Notes under the pieces: model-generated | Told to the model about the DNA's origin: nothing | The model's input: the letters and a program-made list of their open reading frames with translations, nothing else | The model's database searches: none | Origin: Vicugna vicugna | Lineage: Eukaryota | Assembly (NCBI GenBank): GCA_013265495.1 | Contig: MU059829.1 | Location: forward strand, 3,720,001 to 3,784,000 | DNA: 64,000 nt | Reading direction: 5' to 3' | Shown here: piece by piece, positions 61,101 through 64,000 of the stretch | How positions within the stretch are numbered: position 1 is the stretch's first letter | Layout: each line of letters begins with the position of its first letter | Program-made: the position numbers and the translations under genes

Positions 61101-64000
61101 CAGGTGGGCTGCTGCGGAGAGAAAGGGTGGTGCTGAATTTGAGGTGCAAAGGTTCCTACAGAAAACAGCCGCTTTCCCCGGGACGAGGTCCGACTCCCCT
61201 TGCAGCCTGACCGCGGCGTCCGTGCAGCTCTGGCAGAACCAGGGCTGACGCCTTGGAAGACGCCTTAAAGGCACCTGGTTCTTCTCAGGTCTTCTCAGGC
61301 CACGCAGGTGAGGACAGCGCAGGGACTGACCCAGAACCACAAGTAAGGGTCCGATCCCGTTGAGGAATCTGCGGCCAGTGACATTAAGGGGCTTGGCTTC
61401 AGCGCCTTCTGAGCCTCATCGTGTGTTGAAATGGCAACATCGATGGACTGAAAAAAGTCAAGTTCTGAACCAGTTTAAACTGGACTCCGTGAAGAGCCTT
61501 GGGAAGATGTCTGAAGCCCCTTCGCTTCAAAGTCTAAGTGTCAGCCTGGCTGTCCCCACCACTAACGTGGCCTTGGTGGCCACACGGGGGACCCCGAGGT
61601 GCGGCTCAGCCCTGGAGATGCTCTCCAGGCTCGCACACAAGCTAGGGGGAAGAGAGAGAACAGTTGCACAAAGCTGCCGGAAACCTGAAATCTCGGCCAC
61701 CTACCGTGCAGCCTTTTGAGGTCCAGGGGGTCGAGGGCGGCCACGGCCTCCGAGACTCTGGACGGCCGGCTGGTGCCAGCGCTGTTGACGGCCCGCACGC
61801 GGAAGATGTACGACCTTCCTTCTAAGAGGCCGGTCACCGGGTATTTACAGATTTTTACAGGGGCGTCGTTGCACTGAACCCAGTTGTCAGTTCCCACTTC
61901 ACAGCTTCAGCGATAAAGAGAAGAGCAGAGAACACCAAGCACGTCAGTCTGGTCGGCGTACGCGGCGCGTCCGTCGCCCGCGCCCGCGTCCCGTGCACGC
62001 TCGGCCACTGCGGCAGGAGGCTGCCTCCACCGGCACAGCCGGTGCTGTCCAAATGCTGGCTTCCACAAACTGCAGTGTACGTGGACTTCAGGAGACAGAG
62101 CCACCTGGGAAGTGCGGCGTATACACACACTTCTCCCCGAGCCTTTGTAGCGCAGCTGGAGGTTAATCCCTGACTTCAGACGCATTCAGGCAAAATCTCC
62201 AGAGGACACTTCAGGTCTGTCCCTGAGAGCTCTCTTCCTGTTTACACCCCAGAATCAGCGGCTGCCCCCACGCGCCCCGCACGTCCGCTGCAGAGACTCA
62301 GGAAACCAACGGCCTTCCGCCCGGTGCCGCACGGTGGCTGCCGCTTCCTCCCCCGAGCCGTGAGGTGTGTCCTCCCCGCACGGCTGGCCCACCGCCTACC
62401 CCAACAACGTCAAGGTGTTTCTTTCCAGAGCAGCTCCCGTGTGGAATTTGGACGTCTTCTGAAAATATTAAGTCCTGACCAGAAATCTAGAGACGCAGCC
62501 AAGATTAACCTCCGTTTCTCACAGGCTGAGAAATTTCAGGACTGAAGCTTCCTGTCAGATTCCAGGAGGAAGGAGCAAGTTGAGAAGACCCGGCTTTCGG
62601 GGCTGTCCAGCCCCAGGGTCGTGCCCGCGCTTTTAGAAGGGTCAACTCTCTTTCCTCCTGACGAATCGGGGTTTTTCACGAAGTTCTCTGACCAGCGTGC
62701 GCTGCCCTGTCTCAGCCAGAGGCTGACGTGGTCCAAACTGAGAGGCTGGCAGGGGAGGAACTCAGCTCAAAGCAGCCGCTGGCAAGTTGCAAGGACAGGA
62801 GAGGGCCAGAAAAGGGGCCGCCTCCCCCCACCCAGAGTTTCTGCTGCTTTTATCTTTTTTAACAAGGGAGAGACCGGAGCGGAGCATTAACTGAGAAGGT
62901 GCCAAGTGGTTGGGAAAATTATCAAATGTCTTAGGACAGTAGAAAATAGCTTTTGTTTTTCATTTTTTAATTCAAGGTAAACTCTGAATGATGCAAATCG
63001 GACTATTTCCCTGAGGGTGAATGTCCTGCCTAAATACAGTTTTGTTGGTGGAGAAGGGAATTCAGTTAATACAACGCCAGCAAACGGAGCTGGCTCTGTT
63101 TTCTGAAATAACCTCCTTATTTTATTTTTTTTACACATACAAGATCTTAAGTTCCATCCAGAACCATCCAGAACCTAAGCGAAGAGCTAATGCCCTCTGT
63201 CTTCTAGATCCACCTTCTTTGACTGTGACTTCACTCGGTGCTTAGAACCGCAAATGCAGTGAACCCACGGCTCTGCCCGTGCTCTGCCCCAGCCCCTGAG
63301 CGCTGCACAAGTGAAGGAACGTGAAGGGTCAGAACCGCCCGGGGGCTCAGATGCCCTACGTTCCGGCAGCACTAACAGCTCCCGCCCTGAGGCATCACTA
63401 TCTTTCACCTCGAAACAAGAAGCGGACGCTGCTTCACAGAGAGGAAGACGGCATTTGGGTCCGAATGGGCCAGCACCCTCCGCTGCAGCTCCCGGCGCCC
63501 GGGCTCCTGCCCTCGGGAGCGGGGAACAGGGCCGAGCATGGACCCGCCAGCCGGAGCCCCGTTCCCAGCCCCGGGCTGGACCCTCAGCAGAACCTGAGGC
63601 CGGGCTCAGAGCCCGGGGACGCAGGGTGGGGCCTGGTCCTCGTGTTGAGCAGGCCAACGGAGCCCCCCCGCCGCCACCACCACCACACAGAGGGGCCTGC
63701 CTGTTTGGTGGTGTTTTCCAGTTACGCAGTCAGGAACGCTAAGTAACCAAGCAGTGAATTCCTACATCCCATCGAGAAAGGTGTCGAGACCCTGAGAGTA
63801 GGAAAATACCCATAAATAAATGAATGCTCAAGCTCCAGAACGTAACAAGGAAAACGCCCAAGCCGCTGTCCTCGGCGACACCCGCTTCAGGAGCGCTTCA
63901 TCCCCGGAGGGACCAGCAGACACTCACCGGTCGATGAAGTAGCCGAGGACCGGGCTCTCGGTGGTCGTGTTGGGCGGCTTCCACGTCACGATGACGTAGT
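27802..64000 (-). CDS. MYOM2: Myomesin-2 (M-protein), spliced CDS, 5'-partial (exons ~11-37; Fn3 My4-My8, Ig My9-My13)
   Basis: 27 exons hand-spliced at GT-AG sites give a continuous 3,209-nt frame to a TGA. Peptides (e.g. DYVIVTWKPPNTTTESP, IPLKSELAYEVFDKGQVRFWLQAE, GGLPDVVTIMEGKTLNLTC) match human MYOM2 as remembered. Exons 12-37 sum to 3,136 nt, consistent with the remembered 1,465-aa protein. Confidence 0.99.
29159..29214 (-). CDS. MYOM2: MYOM2 exon 36 (56 nt), My13: NRGKVIGGLPDVVTIMEGK
   Basis: Hand translation; acceptor TTGCAG|A, donor AAG|GTGAGA. Confidence 0.96.
30190..30212 (-). CDS. MYOM2: MYOM2 exon 35 (23-nt microexon), second part of My12-My13 helix: AAAFAEK
   Basis: Hand translation; acceptor TTTCAG|G, donor A|GTAAGT; phase 2 to 1; needed to keep frame between exons 34 and 36. 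Confidence 0.94.
30797..30943. mobile_element. Tigger-derived MITE (Tigger1a/2a-like)
   Basis: TA-flanked; ends gagccggccctcc and gaaacccgtgttgttcagagtcagtgg resemble Tigger termini as remembered. Confidence 0.55.
30947..30971. other. Assembly gap (25 N) in MYOM2 intron 34
   Basis: Run of N seen directly. Confidence 1.
30985..31312 (+). mobile_element. Old L1 (L1MC-like) 3' end
   Basis: ggggcagtgaagctgctctgtgtgacactgcaatgg...ctgtgtaccttcctctcagttttgtcctgaacctgaaactgctctaaaaaaataaaagtc. Confidence 0.75.
31649..31685 (-). CDS. MYOM2: MYOM2 exon 34 (37 nt), first part of My12-My13 helix: AFDEAFAEFQQL(K)
   Basis: Hand translation; acceptor TTGCAG|C, donor AA|GTAAGA; phase 1 to 2. Confidence 0.95.
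31941..32104 (-). CDS. MYOM2: MYOM2 exon 33 (164 nt), My12: DAKIASSEHMRIGGSEEMAWLQIYEPTEKDKGKYTFEIFDGKDRHQRSLDLSGQ
   Basis: Overlaps ORF 31849..32076; acceptor TTAAAG|G, donor G|GTCAGA. Confidence 0.96.
32395..32902 (+). mobile_element. Old L1 (L1MB-like) 3' end in intron 32
   Basis: aaaaatagaatcaccgtatgacccc...aaagaactgaaagcagggactcgaacaa...aacccaagtgtccatc...tgtatttcaccacaattt. Confidence 0.8.
33285..33410 (+). mobile_element. MIR fragment
   Basis: cttactagtcgtgtgactttgagcaag...aaacctcagtttccacgtctgtaaaatg. Confidence 0.65.
34530..34635 (-). CDS. MYOM2: MYOM2 exon 32 (106 nt), My12: GTSASPLKVLCTPEGIKLQCFMTYFMEDMKVNWYH(K)
   Basis: Within ORF 34526..34795; acceptor CTGCAG|G, donor AA|GTAAGT. 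Confidence 0.96.
35380..35760 (+). mobile_element. Probable very old L1 (L1ME-like) fragment
   Basis: AT-richer block with catttccaggaattcaccc-like L1 landmarks; highly diverged. Confidence 0.3.
36843..36881 (-). CDS. MYOM2: MYOM2 exon 31 (39 nt), My11-My12 helical linker: VYEDMILAMSRVC
   Basis: Within ORF 36679..36882; acceptor TTTCAG|T, donor G|GTAAGT; phase 1-1. Confidence 0.95.
37408..37495 (-). CDS. MYOM2: MYOM2 exon 30 (88 nt), My11: LSKKDHGEYKATLKDERGQDVSVLEVAGK
   Basis: Within ORF 37184..37657; acceptor TTGCAG|C, donor G|GTAGAC. Confidence 0.96.
37663..37776 (-). CDS. MYOM2: MYOM2 exon 29 (114 nt), My11: VANTKKETVFKWLKDDVLYETDKAPDLEKGVCELLIPK
   Basis: Within ORF 37588..37776; acceptor TTGTAG|G, donor AAG|GTACCG. 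Confidence 0.96.
39029..39096 (-). CDS. MYOM2: MYOM2 exon 28 (68 nt), My11: GPHFAEYLHWDVTDKCEVRLVCK
   Basis: Hand translation; acceptor CCGCAG|G, donor AAG|GTGAGG. Confidence 0.96.
40394..40453 (-). CDS. MYOM2: MYOM2 exon 27 (60 nt), My10-My11 helical linker: AFKAVLKEAEFQRKEFLRKQ
   Basis: Hand translation; acceptor GTTTAG|C, donor G|GTAGGT; phase 1-1; preceding intron 102 nt. Confidence 0.95.
40556..40700 (-). CDS. MYOM2: MYOM2 exon 26 (145 nt), My10: AHRIKCDKSTGIVEMVMDRFTEDNEGTYTVQLHDGKAKSQSSLVLIGD
   Basis: Overlaps ORF 40467..40658; acceptor TCCCAG|G, donor G|GTATCG. Confidence 0.96.
40795..41017 (+). mobile_element. L1 3'-end fragment (cetartiodactyl type), intron 25
   Basis: caaggtcctactgtgcagcacagggaactatattcagtacc...aactgaatcactgtgctg...caactacacttcaatt. 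Confidence 0.8.
42130..42225 (-). mobile_element. L1 3'-end fragment, antisense, intron 25
   Basis: Reverse complement gtacagcacaggggaccatattcagcacc... is homologous to 40888-40962. Confidence 0.7.
42925..43095 (+). mobile_element. L1 3'-end fragment, intron 25
   Basis: aacagcaaggttctaccgtgcagcacggggaac...gctgaaccactgtgctgcacgccagaagctgactcaacact...cacttcaactaag. Confidence 0.7.
43418..43554 (-). CDS. MYOM2: MYOM2 exon 25 (137 nt), My10: TIPLKSELAYEVFDKGQVRFWLQAEHLSPDASYRFVINDREVSDSE
   Basis: Within ORF 43103..43633; acceptor CTCCAG|C, donor GAG|GTGAGT. Confidence 0.97.
44033..44077 (-). CDS. MYOM2: MYOM2 exon 24 (45 nt), My9-My10 helical linker: ELDRLMALSNEIKNP
   Basis: Hand translation; acceptor TTCTAG|A, donor A|GTAAGT; phase 1-1. 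Confidence 0.95.
45682..45788 (-). CDS. MYOM2: MYOM2 exon 23 (107 nt), My9: HSKLYFKNPDKSDIGTYSVSVSDTDGVSSSLVLDEE
   Basis: Overlaps ORF 45554..45736; acceptor TTTCAG|C, donor G|GTAACG; preceding intron 89 nt. Confidence 0.96.
45878..46034 (-). CDS. MYOM2: MYOM2 exon 22 (157 nt), My9: GTKEVSAGVDEEGNIYLSFDCQEMTDASHFTWCKSYEDIAGDERFRVETVGD
   Basis: Hand translation (frame not in the ORF track); acceptor CTGCAG|G, donor CA|GTAAGT. Confidence 0.96.
46953..47067 (-). CDS. MYOM2: MYOM2 exon 21 (115 nt), My8: VCDLHQGKTYVFRVRAVNASGVGRPSDTSEPVLVEARP
   Basis: Within ORF 46795..47124; acceptor TTCCAG|G, donor G|GTGAGC. Confidence 0.97.
48194..48372 (-). CDS. MYOM2: MYOM2 exon 20 (179 nt), My8: GPAYDLTFCEVRDTSLVMLWKAPVYSGSSPISGYFVD...NRYLK
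   Basis: Overlaps ORF 47993..48322; acceptor TTTCAG|G, donor AAG|GTGACG. Confidence 0.97.
49169..49295 (-). CDS. MYOM2: MYOM2 exon 19 (127 nt), My7: VEGLTEGSTYEFKIAAANLVGVGEPSDPSEPFKCEAWTAPQP
   Basis: Within ORF 48987..49295; acceptor AAATAG|G, donor G|GTAAGA. Confidence 0.97.
50728..50915 (-). CDS. MYOM2: MYOM2 exon 18 (188 nt), My7: TVPSYPYGITLLNCDGHAMTLGWKVPKFSGGSPILGYYIDK...ERILT
   Basis: Within ORF 50602..51183; acceptor CTGCAG|C, donor ACG|GTGGGT. Confidence 0.97.
51163..51185. repeat. (CA)n microsatellite (UG repeat in the MYOM2 pre-mRNA), intron 17
   Basis: Seen directly. Confidence 0.9.
52518..52639 (-). CDS. MYOM2: MYOM2 exon 17 (122 nt), My6: FVVHGLTTGEQYIFRVKAVNAVGTSENSQESDVIKVQAAL
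   Basis: Within ORF 52510..52722; acceptor CCGCAG|G, donor A|GTGAGT. Confidence 0.97.
53150..53270 (+). mobile_element. MIR fragment
   Basis: ccctcagtcaagctgcctgacctctg...cccgtctgtaaaatgggatcatagtacctact. Confidence 0.55.
54077..54251 (-). CDS. MYOM2: MYOM2 exon 16 (175 nt), My6: AVPSAPGRVLASRNTKTSVVVQWDRPKHEEDLLGYYVDCC...PIGYN(R)
   Basis: Within ORF 53839..54297; acceptor GCCCAG|C, donor AG|GTGCTG. Confidence 0.97.
54641..54745 (+). mobile_element. tRNA-derived SINE (camelid Vic-1-like) with 11-bp TSD, intron 15
   Basis: ggggagggtgcagctcagcgctagagcgcgtgctccgcatacacgaggtcctggggtcaatccccagcacc (box A/B, tRNA-Ala-like head), A-rich tail, AAAATCAAACC at 54629-54639 and 54746-54756. Confidence 0.85.
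55104..55287 (-). CDS. MYOM2: MYOM2 exon 15 (184 nt), My5: SVVGSGSWQRVNAQTAVRSPRYAVFDLADGKSYVFRV...QAQDTI
   Basis: Within ORF 55009..55293; acceptor TTGCAG|T, donor G|GTGAGT. Confidence 0.97.
55928..55967. repeat. Interrupted (TG)n microsatellite, intron 14
   Basis: tgtgtgtgtgtgcgtgtgtgtgcgtgtg... seen directly. Confidence 0.95.
56212..56261. repeat. 9-bp minisatellite (CGTGTGCCC / CAGGTGCCC, about 5.5 copies), intron 14
   Basis: Units at 56212, 56221, 56230, 56239, 56248 and a partial unit at 56257. Confidence 0.9.
56466..56593 (-). CDS. MYOM2: MYOM2 exon 14 (128 nt), My5: GEVQIPAPPTNVHVSETSRTYVVLSWDPPAHRGKDPLMYFIEK
   Basis: Within ORF 56064..56825; acceptor CTCCAG|G, donor AAG|GTACTC. 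Confidence 0.96.
60811..60848. repeat. (CA)n(CG)6 alternating purine-pyrimidine tract, intron 13
   Basis: cacacatacacacac...cgcgcgcgcgcg seen directly. Confidence 0.95.
61058..61111 (-). CDS. MYOM2: MYOM2 exon 13 (54 nt), My4-My5 linker: AAHLGGHKETVTYQDDLE(G)
   Basis: Within ORF 60999..61340; acceptor TCTCCGCAG|CAG (NAGNAG), donor G|GTAAGG; phase 1-1. Confidence 0.92.
61705..61904 (-). CDS. MYOM2: MYOM2 exon 12 (200 nt), My4: CEVGTDNWVQCNDAPVKICKYPVTGLLEGRSYIFRVRAVNSAG...LDLKRLH
   Basis: Overlaps ORF 61562..61897; acceptor CTGAAG|C, donor G|GTAGGT; phase 2 to 1. Confidence 0.96.
63928..64000 (-). CDS. MYOM2: MYOM2 exon 11 (5'-truncated by window edge), Fn3 My4: (D)YVIVTWKPPNTTTESPVLGYFID(R)
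   Basis: Direct translation; donor CG|GTGAGT, phase 2. Not in the supplied ORF track. Confidence 0.96.

Noticed and set aside
1-64000. CRISPR arrays, rRNA, prokaryotic operons or intact mobile-element ORFs
   Set aside because: None seen. The DNA is spliced mammalian gene plus intergenic sequence, and all transposon copies are short non-coding fragments.

Overview
Mammalian genomic DNA, GC- and CpG-rich. A tRNA-derived SINE of the camelid Vic-1 type and cetartiodactyl-type L1 3' ends point to a camelid (inference). The right 36.5 kb (about 27,485-64,000, minus strand) holds the 3' three quarters of MYOM2 (myomesin-2/M-protein). I traced 27 coding exons, numbered 11-37 by analogy to the human gene as I remember it; exon 11 is cut by the window edge. 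All 26 introns are GT-AG. The exons join into one open frame of 3,209 nt covering Fn3 domains My4-My8 and Ig domains My9-My13, ending at TGA 27,802-27,804 with AATAAA at 27,502-27,507. The left 27 kb has no recognisable protein-coding exon. It holds old L1, MLT1 and MIR fragments, an orphan CpG island with promoter motifs (about 4.2-5.2 kb), a convergent pair of CTCF-consensus sites (5.4 kb and 24.6 kb) and an AT-rich block of repeated ONECUT/homeodomain motifs (14.7-14.9 kb). There is one 25-N assembly gap (30,947-30,971). Almost all other six-frame ORFs are by-products of high GC content. I cannot establish a new biological system from sequence alone. The best leads are the orphan promoter, CTCF and enhancer arrangement, the one-exon-module-per-spring-helix layout of the MYOM2 tail, and an RBFOX+QKI+AAUAAA cluster in intron 15. 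Repeat boundaries and subfamilies are by-eye estimates.
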